Below are positions 27,728-42,300 of a stretch of DNA of 64,000 nt, one piece after another. Below the pieces are notes generated by a model that was not told where the DNA came from, ran no database searches, and saw nothing but the letters and a program-made list of their open reading frames with translations. The DNA lies in NCBI RefSeq assembly GCF_009914755.1, contig NC_060935.1, one strand, 5' to 3'. The translations under genes and the position numbers were made by a program. Each line of letters begins with the position of its first letter. Positions within the stretch are counted from its first letter, which is position 1. This DNA comes from the human T2T-CHM13v2.0 reference genome, Homo sapiens.

Positions 27728-30700
27728 GCGCAGTTTCCAAACACACTTTCTGTAGAATCTGCAAGTGGATATTTGGACCTCTCTGAGGATTTCGTTAGAA
27801 AAGGGATAAACTTCCCAGAACTACACGGAAGCATGCTGAGAAACTTCTTTGTGATGTTTGCATTCAACTCACAGAGTTGAACCTTGCTTTCATAGTTCAG
27901 CTTTCAAACACTCTTTTTGTAGAATCTGCAAGTGGATATTTGGACCACTTTGTGGCCTTCCTTGAAACGGGTATATCTTCACATCAAACCTAGACAGAAG
28001 CATTCTCAGAATGTTTCCTGTGATGACTGCATTCAACTCACAGAGGTGAACAATCCTGCTGATGGAGCAGTTTTGAAACTCTCTTTCTTTGGATTCTGCA
28101 AGTGGATATGTGGACCTCTGTGAAGATTTCGTTGGAAACGGGTTCATCTTCACAGAAAAACTAAACAGAAGCATTCTCAGAAACTGCTTTGTGATGTTTG
28201 TGTTCCACTTCAGGAATTGAACTTTCCTCTTGACAGAGCAGCTCTGAAACCCTCTTATTCTAGAATCTGCAAGTGGACATTTGGAGGGCTTTGAGGCCTG
28301 TGGTGGAAAAGGAAAATCTTCACATAAAAACTAGATGGAAGCATTCTCAGAAACTACTTTGTGATGATTGCATTCGACTCACAGAGTTGAACATTCCTAT
28401 AGATAGAGCAGGTTGTAAACAATCTTTTTGTAGAAAATGCGATTGGAGATTTGGACTGCTTTGAGGCCTACTGTAGTAAAGGAAATAACTTCATCTAAAA
28501 ACCAAACGGAAGCATTCACAGACAATTCTTAGTGATCATTGGATTGAACTAACAGAGCTGAACATTCCTTTAGATGGAGCAGTTTCCAAACCCACTTTCT
28601 GTAGAATATGCAAGTGGATATTTGGACCTCTCTGAGGATTTCGTTGGAAACGGGATAAACTTCCCAGAACTACACGGAAGCATGCTGAGAAACTTCTTTG
28701 TGATGTTTGCATTCAACTCACAGAGTTGAACCTTGCTTTCATAGTTCAGCTTTCAAACACTCTTTTTGTAGAATCTGCAAGTGGATATTTGGACCACTTT
28801 GTGGCCTTCCTTCGAAACGGGTATATCTTCACATCAAACCTAGACATAAGCATTCTCAGAATGTTTCCTGTGAAGACTGCATTCAACTCACAGAGATGAA
28901 CAATCCTGTTGATGGAGCACTTTGGAAACTCTCTTTCTTTGGATTCTGCAAGTTGATATGTGGACCTCTGTGAAGATTTCGTTGGAAACGGGTTCATCTT
29001 CACAGAAAAACTAAACAGAAGCATTCTCAAAAACTACTTTGTGATGTTTGTGTTCCACTTCAAGAATTGAACTTTCCTCTTGACAGAGCAGTTCTGAAAA
29101 CCTCTTTTTCTAGAATCTGCAAGTGGACATTTGGAGGGCTTTGAGGCCTGTGGTGGAAAAGGAAAATCTTCACATAAAAACTAGATGGAAGCATTCTCAG
29201 AAACTACTTTGTGATGATTGCATTCGACTCACAGAGTTGAACATTCCTATAGATAGAGCAGGTTGTAAACAATCTTTTTGTAGAATCTGCGATTGGAGAT
29301 TCGGACTGCTTTGAGGCCTACTGTAGTAAAGGAAATAACTTCATCTAAAAACCAAACGGAAGCATTCACAGACAATTCTTAGTGATCATTGCATTGAACT
29401 AACAGAGCTGAACATTCCTTTACATGGCGCAGTTTCCAAACACACTTTCTGTAGAATCTGCAAGTGGATATTTGGACCTCTCTGAGGATTTCGTTGGAAA
29501 CGGGATAAACTTCCCAGAACTACACGGAAGCATGCTGAGAAACTTCTTTGTGATGTTTGCATTCAACTCACAGAGTTGAACCTTGCTTTCATAGTTCAGC
29601 TTTCAAACACTTTTTTTGTAGAATCTGCAAGTGGATATTTGGACCACTTTGTGGCCTTCCTTCGAAACGGGTATATCTTCACATCAAACCTAGACAGAAG
29701 CATTCTCAGAATGTTTCCTGTGATGACTGCATTCAACTCACAGAGGTGAACAATCCTGCTGATGGAGGAGTTTTGAAACTCTCTTTCTTTGGATTCTGCA
29801 AGTGGATATGTGGACCTCTGTGAAGATTTCGTTGGAAACGGGTTCATCTTCACAGAAAAACTAAACAGAAGCATTCTCAGAAACTGCTTTGTGATGTTTG
29901 TGTTCCACTTCAGGAATTGAACTTTCCTCTTGACAGAGCAGCTCTGAAACCCTCTTATTCTAGAATCTGCAAGTGGACATTTGGAGGGCTTTGAGGCCTG
30001 TGGTGGAAAAGGAAAATCTTCACATAAAAACTAGATGGAAGCATTCTCAGAAACTACTTTGTGATGATTGCATTCGACTCACAGAGTTGAACATTCCTAT
30101 AGATAGAGCAGGTTGTAAACAATCTTTTTCTAGAATCTGCTATTGGAGATTTGGACTCCTTTGAGGCCTACTGTAGTAAAGGAAATAACTTCATCTAAAA
30201 ACCAAACGGAAGCATTCACAGACAATTCTCAGGATCATTGGATTGAACTAACAGAGCTGAACATTCCTTTAGATGGAGCAGTTTCCAAACACACTTTCTG
30301 TAGAATCTGCAAGTGGATATTTGGACTTCTCTGAGAATTTCGTTGGAAAAGGGATAAACTTCCCAGAACTACACGGAAGCATTGTGAGAAACTTCTTTGT
30401 GATGTTTGCATTCAACTCACAGAGTTGAACCTTGCTTTCATAGTTCAGCTTTCAAACACTCTTTTTGTAGAATCTGCAAGTGGATATTTGGACCACTTTG
30501 TGGCCTTCCTTCGAAACGGGTATATCTTCACATCAAACCTAGACAGAAGCATTCTCAGAATGTTTCCTGTGATGACTGCATTCAACTCACAGAGGTGAAC
30601 AATCCTGTTGATGGAGCACTTTTGAAACTCTCTTTCTTTGGATTCTGCAAGTTGATATGTGGACCTCTGTGAAGATTTCGTTGGAAACGGGTTCATCTTC

Positions 30701-32788
30701 ACAGAAAAACTAAACAGAAGCATTCTCAGAAACTACTTTGTGATGTTTGTGTTCCACTTCAAGAATTGAACTTTCCTCTTGACAGAGCAGCTCTGAAACC
30801 CTCTTTTTCTAGAATCTGCAAGTGGACATTTGGAGGGCTTTGAGGCCTGTGGTGGAAAAGGAAAATCTTCACATAAAAACTAGATGGAAGCATTCTCAGA
30901 AACTACTTTGTGATGATTGCATTCGTCTCACAGAGTTGAACATTCCTATAGATAGAGCAGGTTGTAAACAATCTTTTTGTAGAATCTGCGATTGGAGATT
31001 TGGACTGCTTGGAGGCCTACTGTAGTAAAGTAAATAACTTCATCTAAAAACCAAACGGAAGCATTCACAGACAATTCTTAGTGATCATTGCATTGAACTA
31101 ACAGAGCTGAACATTCCTTTAGATGGCGCAGTTTCCAAACACACTTTCTGTAGAATCTGCAAGTGGATATTTGGACCTCTCTGAGGATTTCGTTGGAAAC
31201 CGGATAAACTTCCCAGAACTACACGGAAGCACTGTGAGAAAATTCTTTGTGATGTTTGCATTCAACTCACAGAGTTGAACCTTGCTTTCATAGTTCAGCT
31301 TTCAAACACTCTTTTTGTAGAATCTGCAAGTGGATATTTGGACCACTTTGTGGCCTTCCTTCGAAACGGGTATATCTTCCCATCAAACCTAGACAGAAGC
31401 ATTCTCAGAATGTTTCCTGTGATGACTGCATTCAACTCACAGAGGTGAACAATCCTGTTGATGGAGCACTTTTGAAACTCTCTTTCTTTGGATTCTGCAA
31501 GTTGATATGTGGACCTCTGTGAAGATTTCGTTGGAAACGGGTTCATCTTCACAGAAAAACTAAACAGAAGCATTCTCAGAAACTACTATGTGATGTTTGT
31601 GTTCCACTTCAAGAATTGAACTTTCCTCTTGACAGAGGAGCTCTGAAACCCTCTTATTCTAGAATCTGCAAGTGAACATTTGGAGGGCTTTGAGGCCTGT
31701 GGTGGAAAAGGAAAATCTTCACATAAAAACTAGATGGAAGCATTCTCAGAAACTACTTTGTGATGATTGCATTCGACTCACAGAGTTGAACATTCCTATA
31801 GATAGAGCAGGTTGTAAACAATCTTTTTGTAGAATCTGCGATTGGAGATTTGGACTGCTTTGAGGCCTACTGTAGTAAAGGAAATAACTTCATCTAAAAA
31901 CCAAACGGAAGCATTCACAGACAATTCTTAGTGATCATTGCATTGAACTAACAGAGCTGAACATTCCTTTAGATGGCGCAGTTTCCAAACACACTTTCTG
32001 TAGAATCTGCAAGTGGATATTTGGACCTCTCTGAGGATTTCTTTAGAAAAGGGATAAACTTCCCAGAACTACACGGAAGCATGCTGAGAAACTTCTTTGT
32101 GATGTTTGCATTCAACTCACAGAGTTGAACCTTGCTTTCATAGTTCAGCTTTCAAACACTCTTTTTGTAGAATCTGCAAGTGGATATTTGGACCACTTTG
32201 TGGCCTTCCTTGAAACGGGTATATCTTCACATCAAACCTAGACAGAAGCATTCTCAGAATGTTTCCTGTGATGACTGCATTCAACTCACAGAGGTGAACA
32301 ATCCTGCTGATGGAGCAGTTTTGAAACTCTCTTTCTTTGGATTCTGCAAGTGGATATGTGGACCTCTGTGAAGATTTCGTTGGAAACGGGTTCATCTTCA
32401 CAGAAAAACTAAACAGAAGCATTCTCAGAAACTGCTTTGTGATGTTTGTGTTCCACTTCAGGAATTGAACTTTCCTCTTGACAGAGCAGCTCTGAAAACC
32501 TCTTATTCTAGAATCTGCAAGTGGACATTTGGAGGGCTTTGAGGCCTGTGGTGGAAAAGGAAAATCTTCACATAAAAACTAGATGGAAGCATTCTCAGAA
32601 ACTACTTTGTGATGATTGCATTCGACTCACAGAGTTGAACATTCCTATAGATAGAGCAGGTTGTAAACAATCTTTTTGTAGAAAATGCGATTGGAGATTT
32701 GGACTGCTTTGAGGCCTACTGTAGTAAAGGAAATAACTTCATCTAAAAACCAAACGGAAGCATTCACAGACAATTCTTAGTGATCATT
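26130..32788 (+). repeat. Block duplication: about 26130-28540 recurs at about 30378-32788 (offset 4248, 5 HORs)
   Basis: Shared CATTCGTCTC, CTTGGAGG, GAAACCGGA, TCTTCCCATC, AAGTGAAC, the 1-bp deletion CCTTCCTTGAAACGGG and AGAAAATGCG, in the same order. Confidence 0.88.
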
Positions 32789-33369
32789 GCACTGAACTAA
32801 CAGAGCTGAACATTCCTTTAGATGGAGCAGTTTCCAAACCCACTTTCTGTAGAATCTGCAAGTGGATATTTGGACTTCTCTGAGGATTTCGTGGGAAACG
32901 GGATAAACTTCCCAGAACTACACGGAAGCATTGTGAGAAACTTCTTTGTGATGTTTGCATTCAACTCACAGAGTTGAAACTTGCTTTCATAGTTCAGCTT
33001 TCAAACACTCTTTTTGTAGAATCTGCAAGTGGATATTTGGACCACTTTGTGGCCTTCCTTCGAAACGGGTATATCTTCACATCAAACCTAGACAGAAGCA
33101 TTCTCAGAATGTTTCCTGTGATGACTGCATTCAACTCACAGAGGTGAACAATCCTGCTGATGGAGCAGTTTTGAAACTCTCTTTCTTTGGATTCTGCAAG
33201 TGGATATGTGGACCTCTGTGAAGATTTCGTTGGAAACGGGTTCATCTTCACAGAAAAACTAAACAGGAGCATTCTCAGAAACTGCTTTGTGATGTTTGTG
33301 TTCCACTTCAAGAATTGAACTTTCCTCTTGACAGAGCAGCTCTGAAACCCTCTTTTTCTAGAATCTGCA

Positions 33370-36300
33370 AGTGGACATTTGGAGGGCTTTGAGGCCTGTG
33401 GTGGAAAAGGAAAATCTTCACATAAAAACTAGATGGAAGCATTCTCAGAAACTACTTTGTGATGATTGCATTCGACTCACAGAGTTGAACATTCCTATAG
33501 ATAGAGCAGGTTGTAAACAATCTTTTTGTAGAATCTGCGATTGGAGATTTGGACTGCTTTGAGGCCTACTGTAGTAGAGGAAATAACTTCATCTAAAAAC
33601 CAAACGGAAGCATTCACAGACAATTCTTAGTGATCATTGCATTGAACTAACAGAGCTGAACATTCCTTTAGATGGAGCAGTTTCCAAACACACTTTCTGT
33701 AGAATCTGCAAGTGGATATTTGGACTTCTCTGAGGATTTCGTTAGAAACGGGATAAACTTCCCAGAACTACACGGAAGCATTCTGAGAAACTTCTTTGTG
33801 ATGTTTGCATTCAACTCACAGAGTTGAACCTTGCTTTCATAGTTCAGCTTTCAAACACTCTTTTTGTAGAATCTGCAAGTGGATATTTGGACCACTTTGT
33901 GGCCTTCCTTCGAAACGGGTATATCTTCACATCAAACCTAGACAGAAGCATTCTCAGAATGTTTCCTGTGATGACTGCATTCAACTCACAGAGGTGAACA
34001 ATCCTGTTGATGGACCAGTTTTGAAACTCTCTTTCTTTGGATTCTGCAAGTTGATATGTGGACCTCTGTGAAGATTTCGTTGGAAACGGGTTCATCTTCA
34101 CAGAAAAACTAAACAGAATCATTCTCAGAAACTGCTTTGTGATGTTTGTGTTCCACTTCAAGAATTGAACTTTCCTCTTGACAGAGCAGCTCTGAAACCC
34201 TCTTTTTCTAGAATCTGCAAGTGGACATTTGGAGGGCTTTGAGGTCTGTGGTGGAAAAGGAAAATCTTCACATAAAAACTAGATGGAAGCATTCTCAGAA
34301 ACTACTTTGTGATGATTGCATTCGACTCACAGAGTTGAACATTCCTATAGATAGAGCAGGTTGTAAACAATCTTTTTGTAGAATCTGCGATTGGAGATTT
34401 GGACTGCTTTGAGGCCTACTGTAGTAAAGGAAATAACTTCATCTAAAAACCAAATGGAAGCATTCACAGACAATTCTTAGTGATCATTGCATTGAACTAA
34501 CAGAGCTGAACATTCCTTTAGATGGAGCAGTTTCCAAACACACTTTTTGGAGAATCTGCAAGTGGATATTTGGACTTCTCTGAGGATTTCGTTGGAAACG
34601 GGATAAACTTCCCAGAACTACACGGAAGCATTGTGAGAAACTTCTTTGTGATGTTTGCATTCAACTCACAGAGTTGAACCTTGCTTTCATAGTTCAGCTT
34701 TCAAACACTCTTTTTGTAGAATCTGCAAGTGCATATTTGGACCACTTTGTGGCCTTCCTTCGAAACGGGTATATGTTCACATCAAACATAGACAGAAGCA
34801 TTCTCAGAATGTTTCCTGTGAAGACTGCATTCAACTCACAGAGATGAACAATCCTGTTGATGGAGCACTTTGGAAACTCTCTTTCTTGGGATTCTGCAAT
34901 TTGATATGTGGACCTCTGTGAAGATTTCTTTGGAAACGTGTTCATCTTCACAGAAAAACTAAACAGAAGCATTCTCAAAAACTACTTTGTGATGTTTGTG
35001 TTCCACTTCAAGAATTGAACTTTCCTCTTGACAGAGCAGCTCTGAAAACCTCTTTTTCTAGAATCTGCAAGTGGACATTTGGAGGGCTTTGAGGCCTGTG
35101 GTGGAAAAGGAAAATCTTCACATAAAAACTAGATGGAAGCATTCTCAGAAACTACTTTGTGATGATTGCATTCGACTCACAGAGTTGAACATTCCTATAG
35201 ATAGAGCAGGTTGTAAACAATCTTTTTGTGGAATCTGCGATTTGAGATTTGGACTGCTTTGAGGCCTACTGTAGTAGAGGAAATAACTTCATCTAAAAAC
35301 CAAACGGAAGCATTCACAGACAATTCTTAGTGATCATTGCATTGAACTAACAGAGCTGAACATTCCTTTAGATGGCGCAGTTTCCAAACACACTTTCTGT
35401 AGAATCTGCAAGTGGATATTTGGACCTCTCTGTGGATTTCGTTAGAAACGGGATAAACTTCCCAGAACTACACGGAAGCATGCTGAGAAACTTCTTTGTG
35501 ATGTTTGCATTCAACTCACAGAGTTGAACCTTGCTTTCATAGTTCAGCTTTCAAACACTCTTTTTGTAGAATCTGCAAGTGGATATTTGGACCACTTTGT
35601 GGCCTTCCTTCGAAACGGGTATATCTTCACATCAAACCTAGACAGAAGCATTCTCAGAATGTTTCCTGTGATGACTGCATTCAACTCACAGAGGTGAACA
35701 ATCCTGCTGATGGAGCAATTTTGAAACTCTCTTTCTTTGGATTCTGCAAGTGGATATGTGGACCTCTGTGAAGATTTCGTTGGAAACGGGTTCATCTTCA
35801 CAGAAAAACTAAACAGAAGCATTCTCAGAAACTGCTTTGTGATGTTTGTGTTCCACTTCAGGAATTGAACTTTCCTCTTGACAGAGCAGCTCTGAAACCC
35901 TCTTATTCTAGAATCTGCAAGTGGACATTTGGAGGGCTTTGAGGCCTGTGGTGGAAAAGGAAAATCTTCACATAAAAACTAGATGGAAGCATTCTCAGAA
36001 ACTACTTTGTGATGATTGCATTCGACTCACAGAGTTGAACATTCCTATAGATAGAGCAGGTTGTAAACAATCTTTTTCTAGAATCTGCTATTGGAGATTT
36101 GGACTCCTTTGAGGCCTACTGTAGTAAAGGAAATAACTTCATCTAAAAACCAAACGGAAGCATTCACAGACAATTCTCAGGATCATTGGATTGAACTAAC
36201 AGAGCTGAACATTCCTTTAGATGGAGCAGTTTCCAAACACACTTTCTGTAGAATCTGCAAGTGGATATTTGGACTTCTCTGAGAATTTCGTTGGAAAAGG

Positions 36301-39300
36301 GATAAACTTCCCAGAACTACACGGAAGCATTGTGAGAAACTTCTTTGTGATGTTTGCATTCAACTCACAGAGTTGAACCTTGCTTTCATAGTTCAGCTTT
36401 CAAACACTCTTTTTGTAGAATCTGCAAGTGGATATTTGGACCACTTTGTGGCCTTCCTTCGAAACGGGTATATCTTCACATCAAACCTAGACAGAAGCAT
36501 TCTCAGAATGTTTCCTGTGATGACTGCATTCAACTCACAGAGGTGAACAATCCTGCTGATGGAGCAGTTTTGAAACTCTCTTTCTTTGGATTCTGCATGT
36601 GGATATGTTGACCTCTGTGAAGATTTCGTTGGAAACGGGTTCATCTTCACAGAAAAACTAAACAGGAGCATTCTCAGAAACTGCTTTGTGATGTTTGTGT
36701 TCCACTTCAAGAATTGAACTTTCCTCTTGACAGAGCAGCTCTGAAACCCTCTTTTTCTAGAATCTGCAAGTGGACATTTGGAAGGATTTGAGGCCTGTGG
36801 TGGAAAAGGAAAATCTTCACATAAAAACTAGATGGGAGCATTCTCAGAAACTACTTTGTGATGATTGCATTCGACTCACAGAGTTGAACATTCCTATAGA
36901 TAGAGCAGGTTGTAAACAATCTTTTTGTAGAATCTGCGATTGGAGATTTGGACTGCTTTGAGGCCTACTGTAGTAAAGGAAATTACTTCATCTAAAAACG
37001 AAACGGAAGCATTCACAGACAATTCTTAGTGATCATTGGATTGAACTAACAGAGCTGAACACTCCTTTAGATGGAGCAGTTTCCAAACCCACTTTCTGTA
37101 GAATCTGCAAGTGGATATTTGGACTTCTCTGAGGATTTCGTTGGAAACGGGATAAACTTCCCAGAACTACACGGAAGCATTGTGAGAAACTTCTTTGTGA
37201 TGTTTGCATTCAACTCACAGAGTTGAACCTTGTTTTCATAGTTCAGCTTTCAAACACTCTTTTTGTAGAATCTGCAAGTGGATATTTGGACCACTTTGTG
37301 GCCTTCCTTCGAAACGGGTATATCTTCACATCAAACCTAGACAGAAACATTCTCAGAATGTTTCCTGTGATGACTGCATTCAACTCACAGAGGTGAACAA
37401 TCCTGCTGATGGAGCACTTTTGAAACTCTCTTTCTTTGGATTCTGCAAGTTGATATGTGGTCCTCTGTGAAGATTTCGTTGGAAACGGGTTCATCTTCAC
37501 AGAAAAATTAAACAGAAGCATTCTCAGAAACTACTTTGTGATGTTTGTGTTCCACTTCAAGAATTGAACTTTCCTCTTGACAGAGCAGCTCTGAAACCCT
37601 CTTTTTCTAGAATCTGCAAGTGGACATTTGGAGGGCTTTGAGGCCTGTGGTGGAAAAGGAAAATCTTCACATGAAAACTAGATGGAAGCATTCTCAGAAA
37701 CTACTTTGTGATGATTGCATTCGACTCACAGAGTTGAACATTCCTATAGATAGAGCAGGTTGTAAACAATCTTTTTGTAGAATCTGCGATTGGAGATTTG
37801 GATTGCTTTGAGGCCTACTGTAGTAAAGGAAATAACTTCATCTAAAAACCAAACGGAAGCATTCACAGAAAATTCTTAGTGATCATTGCATTGAACTAAC
37901 AGAGGTGAACATTCCTTTAGATGGCGCAGTTTCCAAACACACTTTCTGTAGAATCTGCAAGTGGATATTTGGACCTCTCTGAGGATTTCGTTGGAAACGG
38001 GATAAACTTCCCAGAACTACACGGAAGCATTGTGAGAACTTCTTTGTGATGTTTGCATTCAACTCACAGAGTTGAACCTTGCTTTCATAGTTCAGCTTTC
38101 AAACACTCTTTTTGTAGAATCTGCAAGTGGATATTTGGACCACTTTGTGACCTTCCTTCGAAACGGGTATATCTTCACATCAAACCTAGACAGAAGCATT
38201 CTCAGAATGTTTCCTGTGATGACTGCATTCAACTCACAGAGGTCAACAATCCTGCTGATGGAGCAGTTTTGAAACTCTCTTTCTTTGGATTCTGCAAGTG
38301 GATATGTGGACCTCTGTGAAGATTTCGTTGGAAACGGGTTCATCTTCACAGAAAAACTAAACAGGAGCATTCTCAGAAACTGCTTTGTGATGTTTGTGTT
38401 CCACTTTAAGAATTGAACTTTCCTCTTGACAGAGCAGCTCTGAAACCCTCTTTTTCTAGAATCTGCAAGTGGACATTTGGAGGGCTTTGAGGCCTGTGGT
38501 GGAAAAGGAAAATCTTCACATAAAAACTAGATGGAAGCATTCTCAGAAACTACTTTGTGATGATTGCATTCGACGCACAGAGTTGAACATTCCTATAGAT
38601 AGAGCAGGTTGTAAACAATCTTTTTGTAGAATCTGCGATTGGAGATTTGGACTGCTTTGAGGCCTACTGTAGTAAAGGAAATAACTTCATCTAAAAACCA
38701 AACGGAAGCATTCACAGAAAATTCTCAGTGATCATTGGATTGAACTAACAGAGCTGAACATTCCTTTAGATGGAGCAGTTTCCAAACAAACTTTCTGTAG
38801 AATCTGCAAGTGGATATTTGGACTTCTCTGAGAATTTCGTTGGAAAAGGGATAAACTTCCCAAAACTACACGGAAGCATTGTGAGAAACTTCTTTGTGAT
38901 GTTTGCATTCAACTCACAGAGTTGAACCTTGCTTTCATAGTTCAGCTTTCAAACACTCTTTTTGTAGAATCTGCAAGTGGATATTTGGACCACTTTGTGG
39001 CCTTCCTTCGAAACGGGTATATCTTCACATCAAACCTAGACAGAAGCATTCTCAGAATGTTTCCTGTGATGACTGCATTCAACTCACAGAGGTGAACAAT
39101 CCTGCTGATGGAGCAGTTTTGAAACTCTCTTTCTTTGGATTCTGCAAGTGGATATGTGGACCTCTGTGAAGATTTCGTTGGAAACGGGTTCATCTTCACA
39201 GAAAAACTAAACAGGAGCATTCTCAGAAAGTGCTTTGTGATGTTTGTGTTCCACTTCAGGAATTGAACTTTCCTCTTGACAGAGCAGCTCTGAAACCCTC

Positions 39301-42300
39301 TTATTCTAGAATCTGCAAGTGGACATTTGGAGGGCTTTGAGGCCTGTGGTGGAAAAGGAATATCTTCACATAAAAACTAGATGGAAGCATTCTCAGAAAC
39401 TACTTTGTGATGATTGCATTCGACTCACAGAGTTGAACATTCCTATAGATAGAGCAGGTTGTAAACAATCTTTTTGTAGAATCTGCGATTGGAGATTTGG
39501 ACTGCTTTGAGTCCTACTGTAGTAAAGGAAATAACTTCATCTAAAAACCAAACGGAAGCATTCACAGACAATTCTTAGTGATCATTGCATTGAACTAACA
39601 GAGCTGAACATTCCTTTAGATGGAGCAGTTTCCAAACACACTTTCTGTAGAACCTGCAAGTGGATATTTGGACCTCTCTGAGGATTTCGTTGGAAACGGG
39701 ATAAACTTCCCAGAACTACACGGAAGCATTGTGAGAAACTTCTTTGTGATGTTTGCATTCAACTCACAGAGTTGAACCTTGCTTTCATAGTTCAGCTTTC
39801 AAACACTCTTTTTGTAGAATCTGCAAGTGGATATTTGGACCACTTTGTGGCCTTCCGTCGAAACGGGTATATCTTCACATCAAACCTAGACAGAAGCATT
39901 CTCAGAATGTTTCCTGTGATGACTGCATTCAACTCACAGAGGTGAACAATCCTGCTGATGGAGCAGTTTTGAAACTCTCTTTCTTTGGATTCTGCAAGTG
40001 GATATGTGGACCTCTGTGAAGATTTCGTTGGAAACGGGTTCATCTTCACAGAAAAACTAAACAGAAACATTCTCACAAACTGCTTTGTGATGTTTGTGTT
40101 CCACTTCAGGAATTGAACTTTCCTCTTGAAAGAGCAGCTCTAAAACCCTCTTATTCTAGAATCTGCAAGTGGACATTTGGAGGGCTTTGAGGCCTGTGGT
40201 GGAAAAGGAAAATCTTCACATAAAAACTAGATGGAAGCATTCTCAGAAACTACTTTGTGATGATTGCATTCGACTCACAGATTTGAACATTCCTATAGAT
40301 AGAGCAGGTTGTAAACAATCTTTTTGTAGAATCTGCGATTGGAGATTTGGACTGCTTTGAGGCCTACTGTAGTAAAGGAAATAACTTCATCTAAAAACCA
40401 AACGGAAGCATTCACAGACAATTCTTAGTGATCATTGGATTGAACTAACAGAGCTGAACGTTCCTTTACATGGCGCAGTTTCCAAACACACTTTCTGTAG
40501 AATCTGCAAGTGGATATTTGGACTTCTCTGAGGATTTCGTTGGAAACGGGATAAACTTCCCAGAACTACACGGAAGCATTGTGAGAAACTTCTTTGTGAT
40601 GTTTGCATTCAACCCACAGAGTTGAAACTTGCTTTCATAGTTCAGCTTTCAAACACTCTTTTTGTAGAATCTGCAAGTGGATATTTGGACCAATTTTGGG
40701 CTTCCTTCGAAACGGGTATATCTTCACATCAAACCTAGACAGAAACATTCTCAGAATGTTTCCTGTGATGACTGCATTCAACTCACAGAGGTGAACAATC
40801 CTGCTGATGGAGCAGTTTTGAAACTCTCTTTCTTTGGATTCTGCAAGTGGATATGTGGACCTCTGTGAAGATTTAGTTGGAAACGTGTTCATCTTCACAG
40901 AAAAACTAAACAGGAGCATTCTCAGAAACTGCTTTGTGATGTTTGTGTTCCACTTCAAGAATTGAACTTTCCTCTTGACAGAGCAGCTCTGAAACCCTAT
41001 TTTTCTAGAATATGCAAGTGGACATTTGGAGGGCCTTGAGGCCTGTGGTGGAAAAGGAAAATCTTCACATAAAAACTAGATGGAAGCATTCTCAGAAACT
41101 ACTTTGTGATGATTGCATTCGACGCACAGAGTTGAACATTCCTATAGATAGAGCAGGTTGTAAACAATCTTTTTGTAGAATCTGCGATTGGAGATTTGGA
41201 CTGCTTTGAGGCCTACTGTAGTAAAGGAAATAACTTCATCTAAAAACCAAACGGAAGCATTCACAGACAATTCTTAGTGATCATTGCATTGAACTAACAG
41301 AGCTGAACATTCCTTTAGATGGAGCAGTTTCCAAACCCACTTTCTGTAGAATCTGCAAGTGGATATTTGGACTTCTCTGAGGATTTCGTTGGAAACGGGA
41401 TAAAATTCCCAGAACTACACGGAAGCATTCTGAGAAACTTCTTTGTAATGTTTGCATTCAACTCACAGAGTTGAACCTTGCTTTCATAGTTCAGCTTTCA
41501 AACACTCTTTTTGTACAATCTGCAAGTGGATATTTGGACCACTTTGTGGCCTTCCTTCGAAACGGGTATATCTTCATATCAAACCTAGACAGAAGCATTC
41601 TCAGAATGTTTCCTGTGATGACTGCATTCAACTCACAGAGGTGAACAATCCTGCTGATGGAGCAGTTTTGAAACTCTCTTTCTTTGGATTCTGCAAGTGG
41701 ATATGTGGACCTCTGTGAAGATTTCGTTGGAAACGGGTTCATCTTCACAGAAAAACTAAACAGGAGCATTCTCAGAAAGTGCTTTGTGATGTTTGTGTTC
41801 CACTTCAGGAATTGAACTTTCCTCTTGACAGAGCAGCTCTGAAACCCTCTTTTTCTAGAATCTGCAAGTGGACATTTGGAGGGCTTTGAGGCCTGTGGTG
41901 GAAAAGGAAAATCTTCACATAAAAACTAGATGGAAGCATTCTCAGAAACTACTTTGTGATGATTGCATTCGACTCACAGAGTTGAACATTCCTATAGATA
42001 GAGCAGGTTGTAAACAATCTTTTTGTAGAATCTGCGATTGGAGATTTGGACTGCTTTGAGGCCTACTGTAGTAGAGGAAATAACTTCATCTAAAAACCAA
42101 ACGGAAGCATTCACAGACAATTCTTAGTGATCATTGCATTGAACTAACAGAGCTGAACATTCCTTTAGATGGAGCAGTTTCCAAACACACTTTCTGTAGA
42201 ATCTGCAAGTGGATATTTGGACTTCTCTGAGGATTTCGTTAGAAACGGGATAAACTTCCCAGAACTACACGGAAGCATTCTGAGAAACTTCTTTGTGATG

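Noticed and set aside
39852-39868. CTTCCGTCGAAACGGGT (U47, U57, U60) as a restored CENP-B box
   Set aside because: The new G is one base off register; the core still reads TTCC rather than TTCG.
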